This document shows, piece after piece, positions 10,007 to 21,623 of a DNA stretch of 64,000 nt; within the stretch, counting starts at the first letter, position 1; every line of letters starts with the position of its first letter. Under the pieces are notes generated by a model. It saw nothing but the letters and a program-made list of their open reading frames with translations, was not told where the DNA came from and searched no databases. Position numbers and translations under genes: made by a program. The stretch is from Candidatus Latescibacterota bacterium. Its GTDB lineage: Bacteria; Latescibacterota; UBA2968; SICM01. Where the stretch lies: contig CBDCJO010000002.1 in NCBI GenBank assembly GCA_965217865.1, positions 224,001-288,000 on the forward strand. Reading direction: 5' to 3'.

Positions 10007-11050
10007 TTATGCTACAAACCGTTTCTCGTCGAATGCCTGGCCGTTTTTGAGCATTTGGTAGGCGGCCACGCCGAATTTGTGAGCGATGACGCTCTTGGCT
10101 TTTCCCGGACCTTGTTTGCTTTTGAGCTTCTCGTAGTATCTATTGATCGGTTCTGACCATCGCTGGGCGACGAGGATGATTTCTGAGAAGGCCCACTTTA
10201 GGTGTGGGTTGCCGATTTTGTTATTCCCGTCCTTTGTCTTCTTTCCAGCGGACTCTCTCTCGACTTTGATCAGCCGGCTGTAGGAGGAGAAGGCTGAAGC
10301 GGATTTGAACCGTTCAATCGTGTGGATTTCATACAGGATGGTCATGGCCAACATCTCCCCAAGTCCGGGAACCGTCATCAGGATAGACAGGACATTGCGA
10401 TCGTGATGTTTGGCCTGTGCCAAGACTTGCTTCTCGACTTTGTAGATCATTTTGTCCAGGGAGTCAACCAGGTCCAGATCGCAGTCCACAGACATACTCA
10501 GATCTGGGTCGGCCAGACGTTCGCACAGCTTTCTCCTGTTGCTCTTCTTTTTGACCTGGTCGCTGAGAGGATCCAGGATAGCTTGCTGAGAGAAGGTGTT
10601 CTGGATGTGGGTGTAACACTCAGCCCGTAAGGCCACAAACCGGTGTCTTCGCCGGAGCAGGTCCCGGGTTGCCCGCATCTCTTGCGGATAGGCATAGGCC
10701 ATCGGGAACAGGTTGCAGCGCATCAGCTCAGCCAGCATTCTGGAATCGAGACGGTCGTTCTTTTTCTTGCCCCCATGGATCGCCTTCATATACAGGGCGT
10801 GTCCCAGGTAGAATGGAATCCCGGCCTTGTGACACCCGTCAGCCAGCCAGTACCAGTTGAAGGTTGACTCCACCCCGACGGCGATGCTACCGAGGTGAGT
10901 TTCCAGCACCTGCAGCAGGAGCTTGAAGTCGTTTTTCAGGTTGCGCTGGAACACAATCTCTCCCATCTTGTCCATGATGCAGACAAACATCGTTCTGGCG
11001 TGGAGATCGATGCCACAGAAATAGTTCGAGTCGATCCTTGCGTATTGCAT
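10007..11050 (-). CDS. IS110 DEDD recombinase/transposase
   Basis: GIDLH, VEST, KNDRLD (DEDD), VPGLG, ESAGK and GNPHLKWA motifs. Confidence 0.95.
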   Translation of the reverse strand: MQYARIDSNYFCGIDLHARTMFVCIMDKMGEIVFQRNLKNDFKLLLQVLETHLGSIAVGVESTFNWYWLADGCHKAGIPFYLGHALYMKAIHGGKKKNDRLDSRMLAELMRCNLFPMAYAYPQEMRATRDLLRRRHRFVALRAECYTHIQNTFSQQAILDPLSDQVKKKSNRRKLCERLADPDLSMSVDCDLDLVDSLDKMIYKVEKQVLAQAKHHDRNVLSILMTVPGLGEMLAMTILYEIHTIERFKSASAFSSYSRLIKVERESAGKKTKDGNNKIGNPHLKWAFSEIILVAQRWSEPINRYYEKLKSKQGPGKAKSVIAHKFGVAAYQMLKNGQAFDEKRFVA

Positions 11051-11239
11051 AAGGCCCTCCTGTGGGAGAAAGGTGATTGAGATATCCGGATCTCAATTAT
11101 AACCTCTCCTGACAACGAGGGCCTTTATATTAATATCACCCCATTGCCGGCTTCGGACCATTCGGGCCTTCGCGAAACCCCTTCGGGGTTCGGCAATGGT
11201 GGAACGTTAGTGGCCATGCTCGAAAATTGAGGGTTTCAA

Positions 11240-11710
11240 ATGACTGATGGCACGATTACGGTAAGGCTGGCCGAAAGAGGAGACGCGACTTCCTTACTCG
11301 ATGTCCTGCCTCAAATCAGTAGTCGACCCGATAGCCTCTCCGCAACAACCCTTGGAGTCGAGGAGTCGCACTCCTACTTGGGTGAACCAGTAGGCTGGTC
11401 GGGGCCAGCGAAGCGGACGCCGATCTCGGCTTCATGGCGCATCGGATACGCAAGGCATTGGGAAAAAGGTGACGCCTTGTTTCAAGGCCCTGTACTTGAT
11501 GCCGCGGTCGCGAACGACGACTGGAAGACAATCCTGACAAAATGCCCGGTGCGAGAGTCCACCGCGTTGGACGACATTTCAGCCGCTTTGGGCTTCCGAA
11601 AAATGCAGGACTACGAGAAAGCAGTTCGCTATCTCCTCGCAGAAGACGATAACGCGCTCGCATTTGTGAGGGGTTTATTCGACAACTTGTTCGACCAAAT
11701 GCAAGGTTGA
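11240..11710 (+). pseudogene. Chimeric ORF: GNAT-like cassette N-terminus fused to an unrelated C-terminus
   Basis: ITVRLAERGD start just after attC, then abrupt change in composition. Confidence 0.45.
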
Positions 11711-11995
11711 TCGCCTTTGTCGCTCGCGGGCTACAATGAAGTGGCAACTCAGCGAGTTTCATGTCTGTGCAATGCCTCGCCATCCCTTCGAGGATCTGTT
11801 TCTCATCCTCGGCTAAGATAGCGGAGGAGCACGGGGCAGATCAGCTGCCCACTCAAAAAAACGAACTCAAGCCCATCTGAAAACGTGCTGGGTGATTCCG
11901 CCCAAGGAAAACGCCGCATTCGTAGCTTGCATGGAGAATCTTCTGGATCTGTATCACCGGCCCTAGCCGACGGCTTTCGCATCTTATGCGGACGC

Positions 11996-12244
11996 CTACT
12001 TCGGTCTACTGGAGTCCCTGGAGCAGCTTTTCGAAAAGCCTGTGGACTTGGTGGTCGGGTCCCTGTATTTCCCCAGATCGTGGAGCAAACCGGCCAACTC
12101 GGCCGCATCGGCGAGGTCGAGCGATTCTTCGAATTCCCGAGCCTTGTCGGCCACGTTTCGCAAATGATTGGATAACGGTTGCCAGTGCTCTTGGCTCAGC
12201 GGTTCCCCAGTCTCGGTTTCGGCTGTGTGGGCGTAACAGGTCAT
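11996..12244 (-). pseudogene. cas3: Cas3 HD-domain N-terminal fragment
   Basis: YAHT...WQPLSNHL...AGLLHDLGKY, truncated after the HD motif. Confidence 0.75.
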
Positions 12245-12529
12245 GAACCAAACGGCTTCGGTTCAGTTATGTAATCAATGCCTAAGTAGTTGATAAGCTG
12301 AATTTTAGAAATATCGACTGTGGATGATTATGCCCGTAAGAGAACATAAGGTCAGCGACTACCGTCCTCGCAAACATGTCTCCGCCGAAGCCGGTCTACG
12401 AACTGAGACAGGTGCATATATCGGCAACCCGGACACAGTCGGTCAGTTTGTATGACAACTCTTCTGAAAAGGCGAACCATTGATAGTCTAACTCGTCTCC
12501 GAAATTGATCTCGACGATCGTCGTCGGCG

Positions 12530-12934
12530 GGTAGCACGTCCTTGAGCGCTGGGTTGTCGCACTCGATCCCGACCATCGCCTCGTCTACCCGCTGGCCGAT
12601 CGTGGGTTGTTTCGCGTGCGCCTTGAGATGTGTCCAGCGGGCCTCGGGCGGCACCCAGAAGATGTTCCCGGCGCGGTACTCGTCCGGGTCTTCCGGATCG
12701 GCGCCTTGCGCCCGCTCCCCTTCGAGGCGTGCGTGCGCTTCCTCGAAGGCATCGGAGATGTATTTCAGAAAGAGGAGGCCGAGGACGACATGCTTGTATT
12801 CGGCCGCGTCCATGCTGCCGCGCAGGGGCATCGGCCGTCTGCCAGAGCTGGGCTTCGTAGCCGGTCGTGGCGTCATGGGTGCCCGGCTTCGGATTGGGAT
12901 CGGATTGCTGATTTTTCGGTCTTCCTCGTGCCAT
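12530..12934 (-). pseudogene. hsdM: Type I RM M subunit N-terminal fragment, frameshifted
   Basis: [12 protein letters not shown] / [25 protein letters not shown] / [11 protein letters not shown]. Confidence 0.85.
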
Positions 12935-13048
12935 TTACTTCGTAATTCCTCAAGTTGTCGCCGCAGTTTCAACGTCGTTGGCGTTCGCCTCTCTCAATCC
13001 ACCCCAGGAATGGAGCGTAACGGAAGCCTCATTGTCTGTATCGTGTGG

Positions 13049-13390
13049 TCATACCTTGTCCTGCCTTGATGTGTTCCAGGATCCTGTCCTCCAGTTTTCC
13101 AAGTAATGGGCCATTTCTTCTTTCAAATTCCCGGATCTCTCTTCGACTGCAAGTTCAGATTCTGTCGTGCAGTCCCTGAGTATTCGGCGAGCCATGGCAA
13201 CGTCCAGAGGGAGTATCGATGAAAACCGACAGATCGATGAGTTCACGAAACCTGGGGTGATCGCGACCAAAGGGATAATCGTGGACGACATATTTCGTCT
13301 TTCCTTCATAATCTCTTTCTCGACGGCATCATCCATTCCAGGGAAATCGAATTCTAAAAGATCCGCCCTCCACATGCTCCAATCATACAA
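13049..13390 (-). CDS. Hypothetical protein or fragment
   Basis: 113-aa ORF only. Confidence 0.3.
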   Translation of the reverse strand: MYDWSMWRADLLEFDFPGMDDAVEKEIMKERRNMSSTIIPLVAITPGFVNSSICRFSSILPLDVAMARRILRDCTTESELAVEERSGNLKEEMAHYLENWRTGSWNTSRQDKV

Positions 13391-13480
13391 ATCATCCGGA
13401 TATTTACATTGGTGTCATCAAAATCGTCGGCACAAAATAGCCCAGACTGGGGTAGCGATTCCGCCAAGACCCACGATTAA

Positions 13481-14149
13481 TTAATCGGCGTGGTGTTGGC
13501 GGAACCTCAATTCCAAAACAGGTTCCATGAGTTTTAAACGATTGCGTAGTCCTGCCTCATCGATCTCTTCAGTAACAAATGCTTTCTTTGCATCGATTAC
13601 TTCCGCAGGCATTTTTTTCTCAGACATAGCACCGAACAAATGGTCAAAGAGAATCTCTTGGAGATATCTGTCAACCCGGTCAAGCAGCTTATATCCTTTT
13701 CGCACCCATTCAGGCGACTTCCAGGTTTCGTTTGGAATAATCTGTTGATGGCAGTAGTTACTTGCCTTGCTCCAAAATTCCTGCAATTTACCCACGTCCG
13801 GAACACTCATGGTCTTATGGAGACACATGAACTCCGACACGATGCTGTTGAACTTGAGCACTCGATACAGCTTCTTCTTGTTACCACCAGCCAAGTCATG
13901 CACCTGTTTTACCAATCCGCTGAAGCTACCAATTTGGTTGCTTATTTCATCGCCAGGTAGTTCATTGTGCATAATGCCGTACAGTTCAAACACAACACGT
14001 TCAATGGCGCAGCGGTACTCGAACGCCGCATAGACAAGAGGCGATTGCGAATCGTTTGCCTGACCGTGCTGTTTCCAGGCCCGCGCTACGATGACATGGT
14101 ATTCAGCGCTTACACATCGCTTTTCATTGATAATTTGATTGAGATTCAT
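13481..14149 (-). CDS. Hypothetical protein (AT-rich)
   Basis: ATG at 14149; YAAFEYRCAIE...SNYCHQ helical protein. Confidence 0.55.
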   Translation of the reverse strand: MNLNQIINEKRCVSAEYHVIVARAWKQHGQANDSQSPLVYAAFEYRCAIERVVFELYGIMHNELPGDEISNQIGSFSGLVKQVHDLAGGNKKKLYRVLKFNSIVSEFMCLHKTMSVPDVGKLQEFWSKASNYCHQQIIPNETWKSPEWVRKGYKLLDRVDRYLQEILFDHLFGAMSEKKMPAEVIDAKKAFVTEEIDEAGLRNRLKLMEPVLELRFRQHHAD

Positions 14150-14349
14150 GTTCTTATTAGCCAGCCAACGTTCACGCTCACCGATGGCAACAGCGCAACG
14201 GAATTGACGTCCGGTGCGGCGCATTGTTGGATTATTTCGAGTGCGGAACCTTGTGTCTTCCTTGTAAAAACCACGTTCTGCCTGTCTTGCGGTCCACTTC
14301 GTAAGAAATATTCGAACCCACCGCTATGTTGCGCCCCCTCGTTGGTCTC

Positions 14350-14855
14350 GCTCACCTCTGAAAGGAACCAACGGAAGCTGGCGACGATCAAGGAAGACCA
14401 TGCGGATCGGTCGGATCCCTCACGACCAGAGACAATGCATGTTACTTCGGTAATTATATACTTGACAAAGTGATAATGAACCAAACGTGTTTGGTCCATT
14501 CCTCAAGGGATGCTTCGTATAGATCAACTCCCGTTTTTGATCACGATCCGCTTGAGTTCAACCATATCCGACTTGATTTCAGCAATCTTCTTTTCCGTAG
14601 ACGGCTCGCTGGTCTGCAAACTGATCTTGCGTGTTCTCGTCGTTTGTTTTAAGGCGATTATCCGCGCGTATCGATGCAATGGCTTCAACAATCACGTTTT
14701 GAAACGCCTTCGCAAGGTTTACAGCGCTCCCGTTCAAATCGTGACTGGCCATGTCATTTCTCCTCTTTTTACTTTGTCAAGTATATAATTACCGTTACTT
14801 CACTTCCGATTGTCGTTTGGATGGGCTACAGCATCCACGGAAACGAACCGAGTGA
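14350..14855 (+). pseudogene. M14 zinc carboxypeptidase fragment interrupted by the 345-bp element
   Basis: Removing 14449-14801 gives TSERNQ...HVTSLPIVVWMGYSIHGNEPS (HxxE motif). Confidence 0.6.
14449..14793 (-). mobile_element. Non-autonomous IS1595-like (ISNwi1-type ends) element, copy 1
   Basis: 23-bp perfect TIR ggtaattatatacttgacaaagt and 8-bp TSD gttacttc. Confidence 0.85.
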
Positions 14856-15007
14856 GAAACAATATATAGAAGAGCATATAATAAATCAGTGGAAAGGTCA
14901 AGTCTTAAGCGTCCTGCAAAATGGATGGAGAGCACCCGAGGTCCTGTGAGTTTCACGCAACCGGTTTAGCGTCGCTCCTCGACGGAGCTGCGTTCGATGA
15001 GGCTCGG

Positions 15008-15472
15008 CTATTCCTTTGTGGTGATTGCCGTCAGAATACTGAAGGGCAAGCGTTCTTCGGCGAGCGTGGCCCACATTTTGCGCTGGCGGGGCCAGTGGGG
15101 GACGGCGGCGATGGGACGGACGTCCTTCTCGCAGATCGGATCGCGGCCCCGGAGCGTGCGGGGCAGGAACAGGAGCGCTTCCTGAATGTCGGGCGCCAGG
15201 TGGAGCAGGTTCATGATCTGCGTGATCCTCGCCCGGGTCACGCAGCCGAGGCGCGCCAGGTCCGCATAGTCCCGCACCTCGCCCCACCGGACCAGCCCCT
15301 CGAACCGGATCGCCAGGGCCGTCAGTCTCGATATGCGAGGTATATTCCCCGGCTCGACATTCCGGTCCTGATCCGTGTGGCGGCAGCCGTTGTTCCGGCC
15401 GTTTCCGGGCTGGAACGTGAAGGACACTTCCAGGGGTCCGGCCCGGGTCGCATCGGATGCGCGACCGCTCAT
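15008..15472 (-). CDS. Small protein typical of serine-recombinase islands
   Basis: LARLGCVTRARITQIMNLLHLAPDIQE HTH-like motif; GGAGG RBS. Confidence 0.6.
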   Translation of the reverse strand: MSGRASDATRAGPLEVSFTFQPGNGRNNGCRHTDQDRNVEPGNIPRISRLTALAIRFEGLVRWGEVRDYADLARLGCVTRARITQIMNLLHLAPDIQEALLFLPRTLRGRDPICEKDVRPIAAVPHWPRQRKMWATLAEERLPFSILTAITTKE

Positions 15473-15660
15473 CGCATGACCTCCTGTCCGTTGAGACCCG
15501 CCTTCCGGCACAGCGCCTCGATTCCGGGTGGGCGAAAGGTGACGGTCACCGTGCCGTCCCGTCCGTCGTAGCCGACCCGCTCGATGAGCAGCCGGAGTCT
15601 CCGGGCCTGCTCCCTCGGGGCCAGCGCCGCCCAGACCGGGTCGAAGATCTCCAGGGCCCA
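15469..15660 (-). pseudogene. C-terminal fragment of a large serine recombinase
   Basis: FDPVWAALAPREQARRLRLLIERVGYDG..VTVTF tail. Confidence 0.55.
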
Positions 15661-15789
15661 GGTCCTTTCGGGATTGGGTAAGCAACAGGTTTGGCGAGAG
15701 GTTGTTCCGTATTTTCTTTGAGATATATACAGAAAGGTATGGGGTCTAAAATGCAATGAGATCTCGTCTTTTACCGCGATAATGACGAA

Positions 15790-16131
15790 CCAGGCTGTTA
15801 AATAAGGCCGACGGGAAAAACAGAGAATCAGAGAATCCGGAGGAGATATCTCTGCTCAGCGGACGCAACCCCACGGTTGTGCTCGGACACCGGGGGAAAC
15901 GCTTCGAAACAGAGAATCGGCAGAGAGGGAAGGATGTGGCACAAGTGTTTGTGAATACGACAGAAACGACAAGACCCCGAAGGGTTGCCCCACGGGGTCT
16001 TGCGTTAACGGACGACCGCCGAAGTTGGCGGATGGGAATATGGCTCCCCATATGATCCTTTCCCCGGAACCATTCTCTGTTCCTCAGCCGTAATCTGCTG
16101 TATTAAAAGGAGCTATCGTAATTACGCCCGC
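15790..16131 (+). repeat. ~340-bp non-coding repeat (also 20283-20626; partial at 28261-28347 and 59038-59119)
   Basis: Starts ccaggctgttaaataaggccg; contains a caagaccc...gggtcttg hairpin. Confidence 0.85.
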
Positions 16132-17130
16132 GCCGCAGACGCGGAAGACAGCGTCAAGACGACTTCCGCCCTTCAGGTCAAAACAGCCACTTCTCCGACA
16201 TGGGATCAGGATATCCGGGTCGTCGTTACCCACGCTGTTCACCTTGGTGCTGACGGCGCGCCTTTCGTAGGGGCCAACACAGGCTTCACGCATCAACTCG
16301 AGAAGCCGTGGTGAGGTCGTTGTCCACGTTCTGTACCGCCTCACGCTGTCGGAAGCTGTGGCGGAGGAATCGTTTAACCTGAAGAAATTCTACATAGTGC
16401 GGCGTAAATCTCAAATCCCCTCTTCCCACACCCGCCAAATCGCCACTCTTATCTTCCCCTCCATCCGCTCGTAGCTTCTGATCGCTCGGATCTGAAGCCT
16501 CCCTGGTTGACAGCTTCCGGCCAAACGGCTATATTACTCGATTGTCTGACTGCCCCTAATCGTCTTGGCTCCCAGTCTCGCGCACCCCCGGAATGCAGTG
16601 AGGGGCAAGACCACGCTCGTCGAAACCGTGGCGGGCGCGTGGGGAGCATGAAGCCACGCCCTTCCGGGGGGCATATCGGGTTCTCAAATATGAACAGGGA
16701 ACAGAAGCAGAGTATGAAGCTGGAAGATCTCCAGGCCAATGCTGCGGTGCATGGCATCCTATCTGACTTCCTCGTCACGGTGGTCAGCGTGCAGTGGTTC
16801 GGCTCCGAAGCGCTTGAGTTGGCGTACAAGACACCGACTGGAAAGGTTGCCAATGAGCTTCTGTACCGTCACGACGAAGCCCGGCTCGAGATCGTCGAAG
16901 TCGGTCGGCCATGGAGCTTTGACGGAGACGGCGCGCTGTTCCGCCTGGTCTCCGAGGCACAGCGGATCCGCCTGGCGCATCTCTTCGACCCGGTGCTGGC
17001 CGTGCACACTTCGGTTGTCGAGCCGTTGCCCCATCAGATCACCGCGGTCTACGAATCCATGCTGTCCCGTCAACCCCTTCGCTTTCTTCTCGCCGATGAC
17101 CCGGGCGCCGGCAAGACGATCATGGCGGGG
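16045..17130 (+). repeat. 1.1-kb near-identical duplicate of 28261-29347 (SRAP fragment, promoter region, helicase 5' end)
   Basis: Direct comparison; scattered SNPs. Confidence 0.9.
16084..16344 (-). pseudogene. SRAP (SOS-response-associated peptidase) C-terminal fragment
   Basis: RAVSTKVNSVGNDDPDIL motif. Confidence 0.55.
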
Positions 17131-17139
17131 CAGTCGTGA
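16714..17139 (+). pseudogene. Truncated copy of the SNF2 helicase N-terminus
   Basis: Matches 28931 onward up to [12 protein letters not shown]. Confidence 0.9.
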
Positions 17140-17359
17140 CCGTGTACCGACCGATGGAAACCCATGCTGCCAGAGGCATAGACGGAGCGACGACTCTAGG
17201 CATGGGCATAACCGATATTAGGGATGGCGTCACCGCAGCGCTCTGTCCATTGGCGGTATGCTATCATGGCCGCACAAACAAGCAAGCGAACAAAAGTAAT
17301 ACAGCCAGCAAAAATTTGCAGCGTGTGGCGCATCGCGTTATAATCGATAGGTTCGGTCC

Positions 17360-17632
17360 ATGAAGATCAGGCACAAGGGATTGCGCGCACTGCACGAACG
17401 AGATGACGCGGCGCGACTGCCCGCGAGCTTGGTCCCTCGGCTTCGCCGAATCCTGTTCCGGCTACAAGAGGCATCGCATCCGCGTAGCGCGGAGGCGCCC
17501 GGCTTCAGATTGCATCCCCTGAAGGGGGGTCGGGCCGACGAATGGAGCGTGCGCGTCTCCGGCAACTGGCGCGTCGTGTTTCGTTTCGAGGATGGCGAGG
17601 CCGTGGACGTGGATCTGGTTGACTACCACTGA
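17360..17632 (+). CDS. higB: HigB/RelE-family toxin
   Basis: RHKGL...LHPLKG...WSVRVSGNWRVVFRF..DYH. Confidence 0.9.
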   Translation: MKIRHKGLRALHERDDAARLPASLVPRLRRILFRLQEASHPRSAEAPGFRLHPLKGGRADEWSVRVSGNWRVVFRFEDGEAVDVDLVDYH

Positions 17633-17652
17633 TCACATGGGAGAACCGACCT

Positions 17653-17967
17653 ATGAACGACAGAAATAGCAAACGTGTAGGCCCGATGCTGAACCCACCG
17701 CACTTGGGCGAGTTGATCCGCGAGAGCATGGAAGCGACTGGCTGGAATGTGACCGAGACGGCGGCCCGTCTCGGCTGCGAGCGCAGGACGCTGTCGCGTT
17801 TGCTCAACGGCCGGGCTGGCGTGTCCCCTCATATGGCGCTGTCGCTGGAAGATATCGGGTGGGGCACCGCCGAGCACTGGATGCGGATGCAGGCAAGCTA
17901 TGAGCTAGCGCAAGCGCGGCGGGAGCGCGCCACCCGGGAACGGCTGGCGGATGCGAGGCTCACGTGA
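17653..17967 (+). CDS. higA: HigA antitoxin (XRE HTH)
   Basis: PPHLGELI...LSRLLNGRAGVSPHMA...WMRMQASYEL. Confidence 0.9.
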   Translation: MNDRNSKRVGPMLNPPHLGELIRESMEATGWNVTETAARLGCERRTLSRLLNGRAGVSPHMALSLEDIGWGTAEHWMRMQASYELAQARRERATRERLADARLT

Positions 17968-18091
17968 TCCACTCTTGCCGCAGTGCTGCAGAACGGGAGG
18001 CCGTACCGATGGACGCCGTTCGTCTGCGCGTGTTGCTTCCCGCCCCCGGACGGCTGCACCCGGCGCCACATGAAACGGGAGGCGGCGCCTG

Positions 18092-18727
18092 ATGCGGCTA
18101 TCGTGGAACGAAGTCCGAGCCCGCGCCGCCAAGTTTGCCGAAGAATGGCGGGATGCGGCGTACGAGAAGGGCGAGACTCAGAGCTTCTACAACGACTTCT
18201 TCGAGGTGTTTGGGGTTCGTCGACGTACGGTCGCGCGCTACGAAGAGCATGTGCAGAAGCTGGATAACCGCTCCGGGTTCATCGACCTGTTCTGGCCGGG
18301 CGTCCTGATCGTCGAGCAGAAGAGCGAAGGGCGCGATCTCGAAGTCGCCTACGGGCAGGCCGGGGAGTATTTCGACAGCCTGCCCGAGAGGGAACGGCCC
18401 CGCTTCATCCTGGTCAGTGACTTCCAGAGCTTCGAGCTTTACGATCTTGACGAGCGGCAGACCGTCTCCTTCGCGCTCGCGGAAATACCCGGCCATGCCG
18501 AGGCGTTCGGCTTCATCCTGGGCGTGCAGCGCCGAACCTTCCGCGATCAGGATCCGGTCAACGTCGAAGCCTCGGAGTTGATGGGACGGCTGCATGACGC
18601 ACTTGGGGCGTCCGGTTACAGCGGCTACGACCTGGAGGTGTTTCTGGTTCGCACGGTGTTCTGCCTGTTCGCCGATGACACCGGCATCTTCGAGCCGCGC
18701 GACACCTTCCGTGAGTTGCTGGAGTAG
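18092..18727 (+). pseudogene. MmeI-like type IIL REase-MTase N-terminal fragment
   Basis: FIDLFWPGVLIVEQKS and FCLFADDTGIF; stops after 211 aa. Confidence 0.8.
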
Positions 18728-19215
18728 GATTGAAGGTCTTGGGAAAGGTTTGTCCCTTTTTTTCAGCCTTCTTTTTTGCTGCTTCAATCATCTTATCCAG
18801 ATGTCCTGTACGATTGAGGTAATAGCTCAGCGACATTTCAAGAAGCCCTCTGAGCAATATCGCGGTCGCATTGGGATATTGCGCCACAGGAAGTTTCTTC
18901 AATTCATCAAAAATGTAATTAATCCTCTGATTACTTAAATCGCAAGAAAAATCAGATGGCACAATACCACGAGGTTTCGTTTTTCGCCTCGGCTTTCTTT
19001 GTGGTTCTCTTGTGGCTATTTCTTGGGATTTGTAAGCAGTTGATGTCATTAGTGGAATGTCTACCGACGGGTGGATGAATATCTGCTCTCGCACCACGGA
19101 GGATTGGTCGCCAGTCTGAGGGTGGAAATTCAGACAAGCCGTCAAGTTGGCGATTACCGTTACCATTTTTCAAAGTCACTGTACGCCATGGCGTAGATAG
19201 CTCATCAACTATTTT
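18728..19215 (-). pseudogene. AT-rich fragment of a defence-type protein
   Basis: IFDELKKL...NATAILLRGLLEMSL segment; both ends lost. Confidence 0.4.
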
Positions 19216-19269
19216 ATGTTGGAAAAAAACCCGGTCAAACTGTACTTCTTCACCAACTGGCAGCGCCGT

Positions 19270-19460
19270 AAATAGAAGAGCTGGCCCGGCAAGGCCACCA
19301 TGCAATCCACCAGATTCGCTTCAATCAGGGCCGCTCCCCCGGTTCGAACTTGGACGGGGAGACGACGTCCGGCAACGTTGGCCAAGTGCGTTCCTTCGTG
19401 TCTACCCAACGGCAGATGGAATCCCGGGCTGCCTGTAGATGGGCAGCGATCTCCACGATA
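19270..19460 (-). pseudogene. Joined fragments: excisionase-like HTH and hsdM piece
   Basis: EIAAHLQAARDSICRWVD; LIEANLVDCMVALPGQLFY. Confidence 0.5.
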
Positions 19461-20055
19461 CCGGCCCGGCCTTCTTCAGCAGCCGTCTTCAACTCATCTC
19501 TCTTCAAGGGAAACCAGACAAACACTGCGGAAAATATATGAGAATTGGCGTATCCGGTCAACTCTTGAATCCCGTGTGGCCGTTGAATTGGCAAGTGGAA
19601 GATGCCAGACGGAAAATCCTTCACCGTTTTGTCGTTCTGGATCAGCAGTGTCCGGTCAAGGTCCCGGTGGTCCTTTATAACCGTTCAAGTGAAAGACAGT
19701 TGCGTGGATTCCTGTCTGTTTTCGATTTCAATTCGTTCCTGTGTTTCGGCTATAAACACACGCTCTTTGAGAAGACAGGAGCGGCCAATGCATTCGGGAC
19801 GAATCGTCTTCTCGCAATTAATAGACGACCTGCCACATATTGTGGTTTTCGGCCTGCCGAAATTGCTTGCAAACAGAACCCCGGACATGCGGTTTCACAA
19901 AGTCGATCTCTGAACACTTTTACCCTCCCCCGCCTTGCCAGGGTCGCCCGTATTTCCTGTTGACGGTGGGAACCGTGCGCCTTTTGACAGGTCTTGCGAA
20001 AATCGCCACCACCGCTGCTTGAAAGGCGTCGCCCGGGCAGGGACTTGGGGGGCTA

Positions 20056-20186
20056 CGCCGGCTACGATTCCGGGGCTCTGGGCGCACGGCCTTCCGCTGT
20101 CCGGTGGGCTGCCGTAAGCTGGTGACCGGACCCACCGGGTCCGGCTTCCAGTGAATACGTACCGGAGGACCTTCCCAAACGTCGAA
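20056..20186 (+). repeat. ~130-bp repeat also at 58905-59037, preceding the 340-bp repeat
   Basis: cgccggctacgattcc...ggacccaccgggtcc...aaacgtcgaa shared. Confidence 0.8.
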
Positions 20187-20190
20187 CTAT

Positions 20191-20282
20191 TACCAACCTG
20201 CGGAAATTCGCGTAATCTGATTTCCTAGCAAAAACAGGATGTTAAGGGCGGATTTGCACGCATAAATTTGCGCAGCTAAGTA
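20191..20282. mobile_element. 92-bp MITE, copy 1
   Basis: taccaacctgcgg...gcgcagctaagta; the empty site is visible at 59031-59045. Confidence 0.85.
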
Positions 20283-21188
20283 CCAGGCTGTTAAATAAGG
20301 CCGACGGGAAAAACAGAGAATCAGAGAATCCGGAGGAGATATCTCTGCTCAGCGGACGCAACCCCACGGTTGTGCTCGAACATCGGGGGGAACGCTTCGA
20401 AACAGAGAACCGGCAGAGAAGGGGGAGAGGTGGCACAAGCGTTTGTGAATACGACAGAAACGACAAGACCCCGAAGGGGTTGCCCTACGGGGTCTTGCGT
20501 TAACGGACGACCGCCGAAGTTGGCGGATTGGAATATGGCTCCCCATATGATCCTTTCCCCGGAACCATTCTCTGTTCGTCAGACGTAACATGCTGTATTG
20601 AAAGGATATATCGTAATTACGCCCGCACCGTCGAGGCGGAAACCATATGAAGGACCGGTACAGCCTGGAATGGAGGGCGAAGGCCGAGAAAATGGAACCC
20701 ATGAGAAAGTGGAACAGCCTGGCCGAAGCCGTCCGCCTGGTCAACGGCGCCGGGATCCCCTCGGCCTTCGCTCTGGAAGGCGCACACACCGACAGGAATG
20801 GGCACGGTGTAATCATCTCCGACTCCGGGGGGTTGTTGGATGCGCCTTCGGGCGATCGGGCCTTAGGAGCCGTTTTTGGGATTCGAATTTCCCCAGCTGG
20901 GGGGAATTTGCAGTCTGGACCTCGAGGCAGGATTTTGGCCCGGGACCTTCACCGGTCGTAACTGCCTTCGACTGAACACAAAAATCGCACCCGTGGGGGG
21001 TGCGATTCGTGGTTGTCTCGGGTTTTAGATCTCCGCTAGCCGAGTATCTCGCGAACCCGAGCTAACGCCTTTTGGTCTTCGTCACAAGTGTTCTTTACGC
21101 AGGAGTCGCTCTTGGGGGGGGGGTTCAACCCGTGGCACCGTGGCATCCTTTTGTTTACGAGGGATTGAGCAACTCCAGCGTCCAGCGG

Positions 21189-21534
21189 GGCACAGCGGAT
21201 CCGCCTGGCGCATCTCTTCGACCCGGTGCTGGCCGTGCACACTTCGGTTGTCGAGCCGTTGCCCCATCAGATCACCGCGGTCTACGAATCCATGCTGTCC
21301 CGTCAACCCCTTCGCTTTCTTCTCGCCGATGACCCGGGCGCCGGCAAGACGATCATGGCGGGGTTGCTCATCAAGGAGTTGATCGCTCGCGGGGATCTGC
21401 AGCGGTGTCTGGTCGTCTGTCCCGGCAGTCTCGCAGAGCAATGGCCGGATGAGCTTTACCGCCGGTTCCAACTGCCCTTCGACATCCTGACAAACGACAA
21501 GCTCGAAGCCGCGCGCACAGGGAACTGGTTCCTG
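21189..21534 (+). pseudogene. Third, internal fragment of the SNF2 helicase gene (equals 29173-29518)
   Basis: Direct match with about 2 substitutions. Confidence 0.9.
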
Positions 21535-21623
21535 TATGAGCTCGAACTTGAAACAGAAGCCGATTAGGATGGCCATTTCAAGTCTTTTCGAAGTCATCCT
21601 GCTTCTTACGAAAGGAGTGTGAA

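Larger units (their letters stand above)
9507..11138 (-). mobile_element. IS110-family, IS1111-group element (copy 1), attC-targeting
   Basis: Subterminal IRs taaaggccc/gggccttta, CA core on both sides, long NCR 3' of tnp. Confidence 0.92.
9499..11212 (+). other. attC site split by IS1111 (9499-9506 joined to 11139-11212)
   Basis: Rejoined sequence gtttaac-accccattgccg...cggcaatggtggaac-gttagtg resembles the intact attC at 24089-24171. Confidence 0.85.

Noticed and set aside
16035-16075. tRNA gene
   Set aside because: Only a short resemblance to a tRNA 3' end; no cloverleaf
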